A model generated the notes under the pieces. It did not search any database, had not been told where the DNA came from, and worked only from the letters and a program-made list of their open reading frames with translations. A stretch of DNA of 64,000 nucleotides from the human T2T-CHM13v2.0 reference genome, Homo sapiens, in assembly GCF_009914755.1 (NCBI RefSeq), contig NC_060940.1, one strand, 5' to 3'. The first letter of the stretch is position 1. Each line of letters opens with the position of its first letter. The position numbers and the translations under genes are program-made. Positions 15,699 through 32,938 of the stretch are shown here, piece by piece.

Positions 15699-16124
15699 GT
15701 CTTTCTCATACATTCGGTCTCAGCCTTGAAAGATAATAATCATCGTAATGCTAATAGCAACAACTTCTTTGATTACCAATTATTGAACATTTTTTGTGTA
15801 TCAGGCACTGGGTTAGGCACTGTAAAAGCTTCATTCTTCTCTTCTTGCTGGGGCTCTGAGCCTCAGTCAGCATGAGTCTCTAAATGGTTTTGTGAAGCAG
15901 TAACTTCCTTTACCACCATTTCCACCACCAACTGGACGTTATGTGAGTTAGGAATAATCTTCTATTATTATCAGTGTGTTAAGCACTGAGATTTCAGGGT
16001 TTATCTGTTAGAGTAGCTAGAATTTCCTTAACAAATACAAAAGATAAAGCACTTAGAACTGTATCTGACTATTTAAAAAAAAACAATAAATGTTATCCGT
16101 TGCCATCATCATCATTATCATCAT

Positions 16125-16546
16125 TGTAGCACTCTGTTTTCACACTGCTATAAAGAACTACCCTAGACTGGATAATTTGTTATGAAAGATATATAGTAAA
16201 TATATAGTATTTATATTTTAAATATAATAATATAATAAAAATAATAATTTGTTATTAAGTGACTCACAGTTCCACGTGGCTGGGAGGCCTCAGGAAACTA
16301 ACAATCATGGCGGAAGGGGAAGGGGAAGCAAGGACCTTCTTCACATGGTGGCAGGAGACAGAGAGTGAGCAAAGAGGAAATGCCACACTTGTAAACCATC
16401 AGATCTCTTGAGAACTCACTCACTATCATGAGAACAGCATGGGGGAACTGCCCCCATGATCTAGTCACCTCCCACCAGTTTCCTTCCATGAAGGGATTAC
16501 AATGAGAGATTAAATTTGGGTGGGGACACAGAGTGAAACCATATCA
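16125..16546 (-). mobile_element. MSTA-like MaLR solo LTR
   Basis: TGTAG...CTGCTATAAAGAACTACC ... GGGGACACAGAGTGAAACCATATCA; 5-bp TSD ATCAT. Confidence 0.85.
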
Positions 16547-17969
16547 ATCATCTTAATTAAACTTCTACTCTATGCTAGGACCTTTACATACCTGATCTTT
16601 AATCCTCTCAGTAACCTTGAAAGGGTTCATAACTCCATTTTAAAGATAAGGGAACTGAGAGGTTAAATGTCTTACTCAAGGTCACAGAGCAAGTGCTGGA
16701 GCGAGAATCTAAACCTGGAGTTTTCTGGTTCCACAATTTCTAGCACCCCACTTAACCCTCTCAAAGTTCCTGGTACTATCTGGATCCAGTTACTGTGGTT
16801 AAATAAATAAATAAATAAATAAAAATACCTTTGTGGAAGAAAAATGTCTTCACTGTCAGCTTGGCATCTCACTTATTTTCTTGTCAGATTCCAAATCCTA
16901 ACTCGTGCTGTGTTGTACAGTTCAAAGAAAGCATTTCCCATCAAGAAATGTCATGGTTGCTAGAAATAATTTTGTCACATCCTCTTGAATTTTTCCTTTT
17001 TGCAAGTTCAGAGGTTTCAGTTAGATTCACATCTTATGATGCCTCTTTTTAAAACATTATAAAAGGGCAACTCATTTTTAAAAATCTCAACATCCAAATA
17101 GAACACTTCATTGTTTTCATCTTAAAAGGTAAAAAATGGGAAGACTCTAAAGAGGCAATTTACAATGTGCGGGTGCCTTATTTTCTGGTAATTTGAAGCT
17201 GTTTTTGATGCTGTAATTTGTTTTTGAATTTTGCTGTCCATGTATCAAAGGCAGTTGAGCTGAATGTACTGGAATTCTACAAGTTAGGTGTCTGTTGAAT
17301 TCCCAGATCCAGGATGCCAAAAGTCAGCACCATGCGGGTCTTAAAGCCTTTCTCTTGGGTCTTATTAGTTGCCATGAGAATTTTCCTCATGGGGGTTTGA
17401 TTCTTTTTCACGTGGAGTCAACATTAGACTTTTGGACAAAATTTAGAGAACACTGCTGAGTGCTTGGTTCTGCTCAAAAAACCTCATTTTGTAATTCATT
17501 CAACAAATACAGAGCATCTACGATGTGCCAGCCATGGTGCCGGGCCTTGAGGGTGCAAGAATCCCTTTACTGTCTCCCTTCTCCTTCCCCCTTCTCCAAA
17601 AAATAAAAATTAAGAAGGTAGAAGATGAACAATAGAAAGCAAGCACCATAAAGAAATAAAGAGAGGCACTGCATGCAGAGAGAAACCTTGGTGTCAGATA
17701 ACCTTGGATTTGAGTCTTCTCTATAACTTCTAGTTATGTGACCTTGGGGAAGCTACTGAGATTTTCAGAGCCTAGTTTTTCTCATCTGTAGAGCAAGCCC
17801 AGTCATACCAACCTTGTCGTGTTGTTTGAGCAGTTGAGGTAAGATATGTAAACCACTTACTCATGGTGGATGTTCAACAAACTTGGGCTTTTATTAATCG
17901 GAAGCATTTACTTATCGACTCCCACCCATTAGGAACCAGGCTAATGTGGTACCTTGGTTTTTCCATTTT

Positions 17970-18375
17970 GTTTTTGTTGGGGTCCCCAGAAAGCGATCCT
18001 GAGATAGGAATTCATATGCAAGGAAGGAATTTTGGAAGAAACTGGTAAGGGGATGGCAGAAGTTACGTAGAAGAAGGACCAAAACAAGGATCTACTTTTA
18101 GGCAACGCCACAGAGAGGGTAGACCTTATGTGCATTACTCTAGAATTGGCATCAACCCCAAGCAAGGGAGCAGGGCTTTCATTCTTATGTGCCTATGAGT
18201 CGAGTCATTCACCAAAGAGATGGAAACTTCTAGCTACTCTGGCTCATTGCATGTTGAGGGAAAATTTCTCCAAGAGTCTCAGGTGCTGGTGGTTGGAAAC
18301 AAATACTACAGAATCTGGAAAAGAGGTGCATGGAAACAAGAAAAAGGATGTGAGGACATCTAGGTGAAGCACCAT
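17970..18375 (-). mobile_element. LTR33-like ERVL LTR remnant
   Basis: GGGGTCCCCAGAAAGCGATCCTGAGATAGGAATTCATATGCAAG resembles the LTR33 terminus; diverged. Confidence 0.4.
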
Positions 18376-18959
18376 GTTGGTTATACTTCACTTTTCTGAC
18401 TTCTCAGAGACATTAGTCCTGGTCCAGCTGGTCCCAGTAAGGAAGATGAGTTTTCCTTGGTTCATAAAAGCAGGACGTTTGGAGAATTTACCTGCCAAAA
18501 ATATGAAGAATGGCTTTGGGGTCAGCCTCGTTGAAGATAAAATCTCAGCCTAACTTTTTATAGCCCATGTCATTTTGGGCAATCAATTTAGCCTCCTTGA
18601 CCTAGATTTTCTTACGTTTAAAATAGGAATAATAATGCACTTTCTGTAGATTTGTTGTAGGTTGAGATGACTTTATATTCCCTGACTTATTTGACAAAGA
18701 TATGCTGAGCATCTGCTATATGTGAAACAGGGATAAGCATTGGTACACTGAGATGAATCAGGCACAGGTCCTGCCTTCCAAGACCTTGGCATCTAATGGG
18801 GGAGGCAGACACATAAATTACAGACTCTGTTTTCTTCCTTATACATTTTTTCTCTCTTTCTCTGTTTCCTTCTCTGTGTCTGTTTTTTACTCAGTTGCAT
18901 CTTCTCTTCTTTTTCCTCCCCTCTTCCTTCTCCTTCACTTGATCTCCACCTTTCTTTTA

Positions 18960-19257
18960 TTATTATTTTACTTCTTAGAAACAAGGTCTCACTCTGTCAC
19001 CCAAGCTAGAGTGCAGTGGCATGTGGGCTCACAGCAGCCTCAACCTGTGAGACTCAAGCGATCCCCCAGCCTTAGCCTCCAAGAAACTGGGACTACAGGC
19101 ACACACCACCCTGCCCAGCTAAATTTTTAAATTTTTTTGTAGAGCCAGGGTTTTGCTATGTTGCCCAGACTGGTCTTGAACTCCTAGGCTCAAGCAATGC
19201 TTCCGCCTCGGTCTGCTGAGTAGCTGGGACTGCAGGTGTGTGCCACCACACCTGGCC
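18960..19257 (-). mobile_element. AluJ (Jr-like)
   Basis: Old diverged dimer, antisense. Confidence 0.85.
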
Positions 19258-20469
19258 ACATCTCTGCATTTCTATCTTGCATTCTCTGACCCTCACCACT
19301 TCCATACCTAGTCTTTATATTAACTGGAGGATATCTAATCTGCTACCCTTTCAAGTCCCTGGCTCCTGCTGCTGTTTTCCAAAGCTTCTTCTGCAAATTG
19401 CAAAGCACATAAAGTTCTGGGGAATTCAACTGGACCCAGACCCTCAGGTGTGACAGAAGGAGACTTGGAGATAGGAGAAAACCATCTACAGCTTTACTTA
19501 AAGCTTAGGGGTGGAGGAGTGGGGGCAGGAGGTACAATTAGCAGTCCTGAGTGGGCAGTCCTGAGGAGTGGCAAATAGAATTTATGATTAATTGCATTGG
19601 GGGGAGAGGGTCAGAGGTGATTTTCCCTGCTATTTGGCACATGGGTAGACTCCTAAGAGCATTAGGATAGGAGCCAGAAATTCTTCATTTTAATTCTAGC
19701 TCTGAAACTAGCTGTATTATCTTGGACATTGATTCCCTTATCCATATGATATAGAGGTTGCATTCAGTGATTTTTTTAGGACTCCTCTGACGCTCTTGGT
19801 CAGGAACTCTGCCTTCATAAATTTCTTATCACCCCAACCCCATTGTGTCTTACTCTGGGAATGGCACCCACCAGGTGCTTATATATATAACAACAATACA
19901 CTTATTTTCTGTATTCCAGGATTCTGGGGATGATTAGCATTGGGTTTGAGAAAGATCTATATTTGGGGCCCTGGAAGCAGACTCTGTTGGCTGGAACCCA
20001 TTCAGCCATTTTACTGTGAAGTCCATGGCAGCTGCTGCAGATGGCGAGGCAAACCCTAATGGCTTGTATAATGTGGTACTTCTCAGACTTGACCACCATG
20101 ATTCAGATGCTCTGTGGGCTCAGGAATTTGCATTTTAAGAAACACTTTGGGGATTCTGATGCAAGTAGTTAGTGGACTACTGTTGAGAATCAATTCTAGA
20201 AACCTGAGCTTAGTGCTGCTACCAATACTCTATGTGACCCTTACCTAGTAGTGTAAGGTTTTGAACACGTTTCTTCACCTGCACGATAGGGTTCTTCACC
20301 CCCACCCCGTCTTCCTGCAGGATTTCTGTGAGGAACAGATAAAACAGCAGATGGAAAAGCTCTGAGAGGCTCCACAAGAATCAAAGATGGCGGCCTTTGT
20401 GTGTGGAGATGCAGCATCCCCAAGCTTCCTCCTCTCCATACTCAGAGGAAAAGAGACTGCTGGCAGATA

Positions 20470-21020
20470 ATATTCCAGGGGACACTTCAGCCCCTCACCC
20501 CAACTCCTGTATTTGATATTTCTTGATCCCCGCTTCACCTGCTTTTGACTAACTTTTTTTACTCCAGTCATTGCCATGACAACCAGCTATGCAGGTGTAC
20601 CCAGTTAGCACCTGGCCTAGGTGTGCTTTAAAGCTCTTGCTTTCTGACTCAGTGCCTTGTGTCCTCAGCATGTGCAAACCTGGAAGTGTGAGAGGGTTAA
20701 CACACCACGGCCCAAACTTTGACTAATGGTTGCGGGGAGAGGGGTATTGGAGATTAGTGGTGCATGTTCCCCTCTCCATCTCTTAGGTAGACAATTCTAA
20801 GTGATTTCTTCCAGCTTCTCAGAGGGTCCTAGTGGGTTGGAACCCACTTGCCCATATGGTGGTTACCAGGTCCATAAAGTACCTTGAGGTTGGCTTTTCA
20901 TCCTTCCTGTTTCATTCTTCCAAGCCCCTCCTCCTTTTCTTTAGGATACTTTCCAAAATAAATACCTGCACACAGTACCTTGCTCAAGTTCTGGTTTAGG
21001 GGGCAAACCAGGCTGACACA
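20470..21020 (+). mobile_element. LTR16-like ERVL LTR
   Basis: CCTGGAAGTGTGAGAGGGTTAAC, GACAATTCTAAG...TTCTCAGAGGGTCC and AAATAAATACCTGCAC...CAGGCTGACACA motifs. Confidence 0.55.
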
Positions 21021-21259
21021 AAGAGGGCTCTGTTGATGAACCAGCCTGGATCTCCAGTAGTAATTCCAGGTCTAGGATGGTCATCCAACAATTGACTATT
21101 TACTTAGTAGCAGAGTGAGGGCAGGTAACAGGAAATGTAACCTGTCCACTTCCTACTTGACCAGCGAGAACTGAGTTCAAATCCCAGCCTTGTGCCCTAG
21201 GGCCAGGTACCATGTAGGTAAAGAATTCTGCAACAATGCATAGTACACAGCAAGTTCCC

Positions 21260-22080
21260 TTAAGACAGATCACAACGTTCTTTCTTCAGTTCCCTCCTTT
21301 TCACTCCATGTAAAGTCAAAATCCTTAAATCAAAGTCCTTAAAACAAGCCGAAAAGACCTTCCATGATCTGGCCTCCAAATGCCTCTCTGCCTTCCTGTT
21401 GTACTACTCACCCCTTCACTCACTCTGCTCCAGCCCCCACTGGCCTCCTTGCTGTTCCTCAAATGCCCCAAGAATGTGCTCACCTTGAGCGCTTTGTCCA
21501 TCAACTGGGACAATGTCGTATCCCTCCTCCAGGGGACATTTGGCAATAACTGGACACATTTTTGGTTGTCATAACTTGGGAGATAGGTTGCTACTGGCAT
21601 GTAGTGCATAGAGGCCAAGGATGCTGCTAAATATCCTACAAGGCACAGGACAGCTCTCCTGCTTCAAAGACAGAAAATTCTCTGTTCCCAAATGTCAGAA
21701 GTGCTGAGGGTGAGAAACCCCCAGGACCCTTCTTCATGCTGCAGTCTTCCTCCCCTGGCTCACCCCACATCTGTTGGGTCTTTGATTATATTTCACCTTC
21801 TCAGTGAGGCCTGATGCCCTGTTGATACTGAAGCTTGCGCTGCTCCTGTCTCCTGGCCTGTCTTAACCTTCTCTATTATTTTCTTATTGCATTCAGCCAT
21901 TTCTACCATATTATATAATTGATCTACTTATGTTTACTCTTATTGTCTGTCTCTTCTCACTGGGATGGAAGCTCCATGGGGGTAGAAATCTTTGAGTGCT
22001 CCCATATGCCCTCCACCTACCACGGTACCTGGAACATAGGCATTCAATAAATATTTGTTGAATGAATTAATGAATGAATG
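21260..22080 (+). mobile_element. L2 3' fragment with nested MER20 (~21495-21722)
   Basis: L2 end CCTGGAACATAGGCATTCAATAAATATTTGTTGAATGAAT; MER20 core CCAGGGGACATTTGGCAAT...GAGGCCAAGGATGCTGCTAAA. Confidence 0.7.
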
Positions 22081-22090
22081 AAAGGAAATA

Positions 22091-22520
22091 CAGTTGACCC
22101 TTGAACAACATGGGTTTGAACTGTGTAGGTCCATTTATACTTGCATTTTCTTCTGCCTGTACCACCCCTGAAATAGCAAGACCAACTCCTCTTCTCACTC
22201 CTCTTCTTTAGCCTCCTCAAAATGAAGACGATGAGGATGAAGACCTTCATGATGATCCACTTCCACTTAATAAATAGGAAATATATTTTCCCTTCCTCGT
22301 GATTTTCTTAATAATAACATTTTATTTTCTCTAGCTTACTTTATTATAAGAATACAGTATGTAATACATATAACATGCAAAATGTGTGTTACTTGACTGT
22401 TTTATTATTAGTAGGATTTCTGGTCAATAATAGGCTATTACTAGTTAAATTTTGGAATAGTCGAAAGTTATATGCAGATTTTTGACTGTGTGGGGGTAGG
22501 AGTTGTTCAAGAGTCAACTG
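22091..22520. mobile_element. Tigger2a MITE
   Basis: TIRs CAGTTGACCCTTGAACAAC / GTTGTTCAAGAGTCAACTG; TA TSD. Confidence 0.88.
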
Positions 22521-22622
22521 TATCGTGAGGCTGAGGTTTGAGGTGCATCTCTTCTACTATCATGTCAACGTCATCAGTGCTTATGGGAACACCTGTCCAA
22601 AGGTACAAGGGAGATGGCAGTG

Positions 22623-22982
22623 TGTGTTAGTCTGTTCTCCACTGCTAATAAAGACATACCGAAGGCTGGGTAATTTATATAAGAAGAGGTTTAATGGACT
22701 TACAGTTCCACGTGGCTGGGGAGGCCTCACAATCATGGTAGAAGGTAAAAAAGAAGCAAAGTCGAATCTTGCATGGTGGCAGGCAAGAGAGCTTGTGCAG
22801 GGGAACTCCCATTTATAAAACCATCAGATCTCGTGAGACTTATTCACTATGGCAAAAACAGTATGGAGGAAACCACCCCATGATTCAATTATCTCCCACA
22901 AGATCCCTCCCACAACACATGAGAATTATGGGAGCTAAAATTCAAGATGAGATTTGGGTGGGGACACAGCCAAACCATATCA
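22623..22982 (-). mobile_element. THE1C-like MaLR solo LTR
   Basis: TGTGTTAGTCTGTTCT...GCTAATAAAGACATACC ... CAGCCAAACCATATCA. Confidence 0.85.
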
Positions 22983-25504
22983 GAAATATATCCACTTGGG
23001 CATTAATTATCCATGGACAGGAGTATTATGAAACGTCCCCATAAGGTCAAAAGGTGACACATTTCATCCAATTTATTTTAACATTCACCAAGATTAGGAA
23101 GAGAAAAATAAGACATTACTGAAGGTTACTTTTTTTTTCACTTTTTAAAAATCCTTCCACTTCCTGTTTTCTTCAGGGAGACTGAAAAATGTCTTCTCAA
23201 ACATTTCTCATTATCAGAACTTAACAAAAATTCTAATTAGGGCTACTGCACACTTCAGTGGTAGTTTTCAAAATGGAGCTCTGGCTTCATCTTTGTCAGG
23301 CTGCCAATCTTTTCTATCCTTGCCAAAGATGCCCTCTATAATAATAATACTAATAATTACCATTTATTGAAAGTCTACTATGTGCCAGGCAATTTGCATA
23401 CATTAGCAGTTGTCTTCACACAAATCATATGAGGTGGGAACTATTAACCCTAATTTTAGATGAAGTGATTTGCCCAAAGCCAAGCAGCTAGAAATTGGCA
23501 GAACTGGGATTCAGACTCAAGTCTATCATCTGGTCCAAAACTTTCCATGTCCAGCCTTCACAGATTTAGGGGAGAGAGAAGATAAGACAACAGGACCACT
23601 TGTCACTGCTTCCAGCATGACCATCAGTTCCAACCGGAGGGTTTGTTACGAGTTATTATGTCACCAGCCTTGGTTGCTAGGTCTCTCTGGGAACAGAGTT
23701 TAGGGAATCCCAGGAGACTCTGAGACACCCAATTAGAAAGGCAATAATAGCAGACTTGAGAATAGACTGATTGCTTATTCATTATTCTTGTTATTTCTGG
23801 ACTTTTCCATCCATCGTACAGCGGGCTGTCAGCAATTACCATGACGTTCTTTCCAGAAAGGGGCCTCTTGGCCCCACTAATCACCTCCCCCAGAACCAAA
23901 TAGAGTCTTTCAGGTGGCAAATTCTTCAGAAGCAACATCAAAATGCTCCTGTCTTTGGGGCTTCCCAGTGAATCCTCAGCGGACACCTTGGGGCAAAGTG
24001 AAAGCACTGGACTTCAACAAATGAAGAAACAGTCCCTTCCGGGCTTGTTAAGTGCCAGGAGCCTTGTTGAGCAGGTGTTGCCCAGAGGCGACGTGGTCTT
24101 GTAATGGATCAGTAGATTAATACCAAGTAGCAGAGGATCAGGCCTGAACCTGAACTTGAGCTGTTTGAGCAGCAGGAAAGTATCTGTTCCCCTCACCTCC
24201 CAGGAGGAGCTTCTTTAATTTTTTTTCCTTCTTTCTATATCATCCTCTTTTTCTTCTTTGCTCCTCTATCTAATAACACTGCAGACTTGGATACCTGGCT
24301 TTAGCAGGTGGAGGACATCACTGATGCCTGTTACGTCCCCTAACCTCTCACTGCTTTCTCACACTTCCTCTTCTCTCTCTTGCTATGGTTCTACTTTGAC
24401 TATATCTTTCTCCTTCATGCTCCTTTTCCTCTCTGTTCCTCTTCCTCTCCCTCAATTCTTTCCCTTTCTGTCTCTCTCTCTCCCTCTCTCATTCTCTTTC
24501 TGTCTAGGCATCTTTCTTCCTTTTTGTTTCATGCATTTCTCATCCTCTAAGATCTGCCTTTCTCTGAAACACATTCTCTCTGTTTGACCTTATGTCTCTT
24601 CTCTCTTGCCCTCTATCTTTGGGACTCTGTGTCTCTTTATGTGTGTGTCTTTCTCTTTCATATACATACAAAGGATTCATTCTATCTTTAGGTCAGTTCA
24701 CATTAAACCATCACTGCCATCTTTCACTCCTACTTCTGTTGTCTAAAAAAAGTACCATTCAAGTTCAGAAGGCAGAAGTGAAATCCAGATCTGGCTGATT
24801 CCAAAGCTTGTGATGTTAGGAGCTGCCTCAATTTCCTTCTTCCTTACCTTCCACATCTAAATCTATTTCCAGTCCCTGCAAATTTCATGCTCTAAATATT
24901 TCTTGAACATTAATTCTACCTCCCAATCCTTACTACTAATTTATTCATTCAACATATTATTATATGAGCACCTGCTATATGTGGTAGGTCTAGGGAGAAG
25001 TGAAAGAAAAGACTTAAGAAGACATGACTCCAGTCTATGGGGAAGAGAGATGATCACTATCTTTCCTCAAGTTTGCATCATTTCATGCCCAGATTAATAG
25101 AACAAATTTTTCTCAGCTCACTCTCCATACTGCAGCCAGAATACTTAAATTTATGCTTAAATCCTTAACATTTCTTCCCTGTAGAATAAAGAGGTGTCAT
25201 ATAACAACCTTCCTCACCTGTCCTGCAACCTCACCAGACTCATATTTTACTATTTTTGACCTTTTTATGTTCTAGGACAGTTAGGCTATTGGAAGTTCCC
25301 CCATACATTCACCATGCTGTTTCTACCACCTGGCCTGCCTGTTTCCTCTGCCAGAATAACTTTTCTCCTACATCTGCTTAATCCTAATAATCCTTTAAGA
25401 CGCAGATCAGATTCTTTCCTGCCTTCCCAGCCTCGATTAGGTGCTTCTTCTCATGGCCTGTAAATATCCATTATTGAAATTACAGCATATTGTATATATG
25501 TGTA

Positions 25505-25805
<301 letters not shown>

Positions 25806-27773
25806 GTATATTGTTTGATAATCAGGTGCTGAGGTGTCTTTCTCCCTACTAGACTGGGGGCTCTTTAAAGATTAGTTTGTCTCTGAATTCCCATTGCCTA
25901 GAACTGAGTGTAAAGTCAGGCAATTGATAACTCACACTTGAATGAGTGAACAAATGAATGAGTGAGGAAATGAATGAATATTTCTTTTACTACACGGTGT
26001 TGCCTTTTGAGTATTTATAATAAGGGTTATTGAGGACAAGAATAGTTTATGATTTGAAAGTTCTAGGGACTGAAAACGTTCCTTTGGTGAGGAATGTCTT
26101 AGACCCCTTTAAGCAGCTGTTGAAATCAGTGAACCTTCCCCCAGAAACATACACATACACACAATATGTTTGATATACTTGCAGGGAACTTATAGGCTCT
26201 CTGATGTTCATCTATGCCAACCTCTGGTGCCCTTGAACCCAGTGTTAAGAACTCCAACTTTAGAAATTATGTCAGGGTACAAACGACCATCCAGAGACTC
26301 TCTGTGCATTTACGAAGTTTTGTAGGAGCAGAGATGAGAGTAGAATTTGTGTTTTCTGCCTTTTTTCCCTTACATTCTTTCTCAGCCAAAGAGTTTGGCC
26401 ATTGGTAAGGAACCATCCCAGGACAAGCTTTTCTTTCTAGCACTGTTGCTACTAAATGAGATACTTCATTAGAACCCTGGAGAGTGACTTGGAGATGCTG
26501 CGTAGGGTAATTGAATGCAATTAAGCTGATCAAGTTGTGCCTGGCTTACTTCTTATTCATTACGTGACAAGTTATTTAACCTCTGGGACTCTCCTTTCTG
26601 ATCACTAAGATTGGTCTAACAATAACAAGCCCATAAGGCATTAAGTAGCTAACATTCAAGGGTGGGGACTGGGACAATATCGGGTATACTGTCTACGCTC
26701 ATTCATACACCATCATCATCATCACCACCATCATCAGCTCTCTTGGCCTATGTGAGGCTTTACCTTTTCAATAACATCATCTTATTTTGATCACCCCCTT
26801 TTGTAAAGTACGGGAATGTTGGCAGATATTTCCTCCAGGTGTCCACTTCTGTCAGTTTAAATACCGTGGTTCTAAGAAATACTCCAGATGTCTTTGCAGG
26901 TGTTGCCATGGCTATATGAGTGTCCACCAGGGATCATACATTTATGTAAAAGCCCTTAACATGACTTTTAGAGTGGGAAAGCTCCCTCTCTTCTTAATAT
27001 TTTAGGCTCCCTTCTCTGCTACTTAGAAGCTGATGAAATCTGAAATCTGCTCATTATGTGCTTTTTGGAGGAAAACCCAATTTAAATACTTTATTTTTTT
27101 GGTGACACAAATCTGTGCTTTCCATGTTCTTTGTAAAGAATGCTGAGATTTTGCAAGCATCCTTCGCTAAATAAAAACATCATGACCAGACTTCTCAGTA
27201 TGCCCTGTGTGGATGGATAGTTTAGCAAGTGGACAATAATTGTGCATTTTCTTAATTTCAAGTGGCTGAAATTTAGCTAGAAAATCTTAGCATCTGTAAG
27301 GCCGTGTAATTGTATTCTTGACACCATTTAGCCATCTGCCATCTACTCTCTAATCTTAGTTTCCCTCCCCTACAACTCCATTTGGACACAGTAAAGGTTT
27401 GATTACCTTGAATAGTCAGAGTAAAGCAGATTCTGAATAAATAAATTTTCTGGTTCATTAGGGAGTCATACTGGTATAAAAAATTCTTAGACAGATCTAT
27501 GTTTGGGTATGGTCACAGCCATTTGTTAACTGTGTGTCCTTTAACTTAACTTTTCAGGGTCTTCATTACTCCAGCCAAAAAAATAGTAATGAAAATGGAA
27601 ACACTTCAAGGTTTCTTTGAAGACTAGAAATAAGTTTGTGAAGGATATGGCATATAACAGGTGAACAGTAAGAGTTGGTTCTCTTCTCTTCTACTTAGTC
27701 ATTAATTCATTTCACAATATGTTGAATAATTACAAGGCCCCCAGCACATTCCTAGGAAATAGGGATGCAATGG

Positions 27774-30390
<2,617 letters not shown>

Positions 30391-31859
30391 AATGGTAAAC
30401 AAGACCATCTTGCCTATGCCCATGAGGACTCTAGATGTGAAATATGACATACTCTGTGATTGGGAATTTAGGGTATTTTAGGAGTCCATAGGAGAAGACT
30501 CTAGTCCGTCCAGTCAAGATCTGTAGGTTTATAGATGATAATGATAATGATCCTGATAGTGGTGGTGGTTGTAGTGGTGGTGATGGTGATGATGGATATC
30601 ATGATTTTGATGCTGTTGATGATGATGTTGACAGCACTCACATTTTGTGCCAGACACTGACATTAAGTGTCTTGAGCAAGGCCACAAAGCTGGTAAGTAT
30701 CAGGGTCCAATGCAAACTGAGGTTCTTCCTAATTCCACAGCACCCCCACCAGCTCTTTCCAAGCTGATGAAACACCAGAATTTATTCTGAAGTTGACTAG
30801 GAATAAAATTTGGGGCATCCAAATCCTTGCAGTGCGATTAAATTCACTTTACCCTTTCTTATAATCCAGACCCACTGTTTACAAAATTTTATAACTTCAG
30901 GTAGGAAGAAGCTGGTAGATTAATGGTGGCACTTGTCTACCAAATGCCATGTGCTGAGGGTACATCATCATAAACACTTTCTGTGACCTGAAATGGATAT
31001 GGGCTGGTGATCATGGTTTCATGAGCCCAAGAGGACTGTGACAAAGAAAACTGAGATAGGAGTTAATGAGACTCAATCCCATCTGTAGCCAGAATTAGAT
31101 ATGAGTATCCTCAGGAGTCGAAACATCTCTTGCCTTAAGTTCTGTGGCTGAGGATATCAGTAGGCAAGATTCTGCTGGCAGGTGTATCCTGCAGGTGTGT
31201 CACTGTGCAGCCTTCATATCAATAATATGACAACAGCTTCAAAAGTAATAGATAGATAACATAGACATTAATTAAATCAGTCAGACTCAGAAAATTGAGA
31301 TAAGACCCAGCAGTTCTCTTTGAGGTTCAGACTGAGAGGAAACCAACATCTCCACTATCCTCAAATGCCCCCAAACAATTTGGCAAAACAACAGGTTGTC
31401 AATCCTCCAAAGAAAACAAAATAAAACATACAAAACCAGTCCTGATATGCTCAGTTTCTGAAAAGAATGGGATTGATACCAGCCAGAAACTGATGAGAGG
31501 CAGCTGAGCACCTGTGCAGTGCAGCTAGGCTGTCTTAGCTTTCATGCAACATCCTTAACACTCTAAATTCTAGATCCTGGCATCCACAGCTCTCTTATAA
31601 GCTTCTAGTCTCATTTCTCAGTTCCCTCCTTCCTCAATTGCACTAGTAGCCTTTTAGCTTTCGCTGCACTCTGTCTATATCAGAAGGCTTATCAGGTTGT
31701 ATCACACTTGTTGACCTGCTGCTTTGCCCAATAGCCTGGAGGATCTTTTAAGACAGAAACTCTACTTTATTTACTTTTTCAACTTGACCCATAGAAGGAT
31801 CAATAGAGAACTTCCATATTCTGGCCCGGTGAGTAAGTTCTCAAAAAAATTGTTATTGT

Positions 31860-31995
31860 GGAAGGAAGGAAGGAAGGAAGGAAGGAAGGAAGGGAGGGAG
31901 GGAGGGAGGGAGGGAGGAAGGAAGGAAGGAAGGAAGGAAGGAAGGAAGGAAGGAAGGAAGGAAAGAAAGAAGAGGCAGGGAGGGAGGGAAGGAAG
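31860..31995 (+). repeat. Compound microsatellite (GGAA)8(GGGA)6(GGAA)12
   Basis: Counted directly from the sequence. Confidence 0.95.
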
Positions 31996-32518
31996 AAAAC
32001 AGATGTTAGCTACTCCCTTGTGTAATGGAACACTCCAGCATGAAGTATGGTTTTTGGGGTGAGCTACATTCACTGTGCTTACCCAGTTGAGAGATATAAA
32101 GCTAATTTTTGCTCATTCAGGTTTAAGTTACAGGGAGAGCATTAACTATCTACTCTCTTCCTTCTAAATCACTCTCCCCAGGGCACCTATGCCTTGCATT
32201 CCCACTTCATACATAGACATGAGGGTCTCTTTTTTATTCCCCATCTCAATCTAGACAATAAGAAGCCTCTGTTTACTTGCCTTAAATTTTCTTGCAACGT
32301 AACTATTCATTCCTGGGGATTTATAATTTGTCTCATGTCTTAAACCCCATTCCCAGAGCCTTCACTCCACCTCACTCAGTCCATCCCAACTACACTACAT
32401 TTCTCATGGACATTTCTCATCTCTGTTTCCCCTGGGGTGGGAATTCGGCAAGGACTTTTAACTTGATGAGTCCGTGGTCATGGGATTTGTGGATACCTCC
32501 CAATAACTCTATTGTCAG

Positions 32519-32938
32519 TGATATGGTTTGGGTCTGTGTCCCCACCCAAATCTCATGTTCAATTGTAATCCCATGTTGGAGGTGGGGCCTGGTGGGAGGA
32601 GACTGGATCACGGGGCGGAGTTCTCATGAATGGTTTAGCACCATTCCCTTGGTGCTGTTCTTGTGATGGTGAGTGAGTACTCACAAGATCTGGTGATTTA
32701 AAAGTATATAGCACCTCTCCCCGAATTCCTCTTGCATTGGCCATGTAAGACATCCCTGCTACCTCTTTGCCTTCTGCCATGATTGTAAGCTTCTTGAGAC
32801 CTTCCCAGAAGCTGAACAGATGACCAACACTATGCTTCCTGTACAGCCTGCAGAATTGTGAGCCAATTAAACTTATTTTCTTATAAATTATCCAGTCTCT
32901 GGCATTTCTTTATAGCAACCCAAGAACAGACTAATACA
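32519..32938 (+). mobile_element. MSTB-like MaLR solo LTR
   Basis: TGATATGGTTTGG...CTCATGAATGGTTTAGCACCAT ... CAGACTAATACA; perfect TSD GTCAG. Confidence 0.88.
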
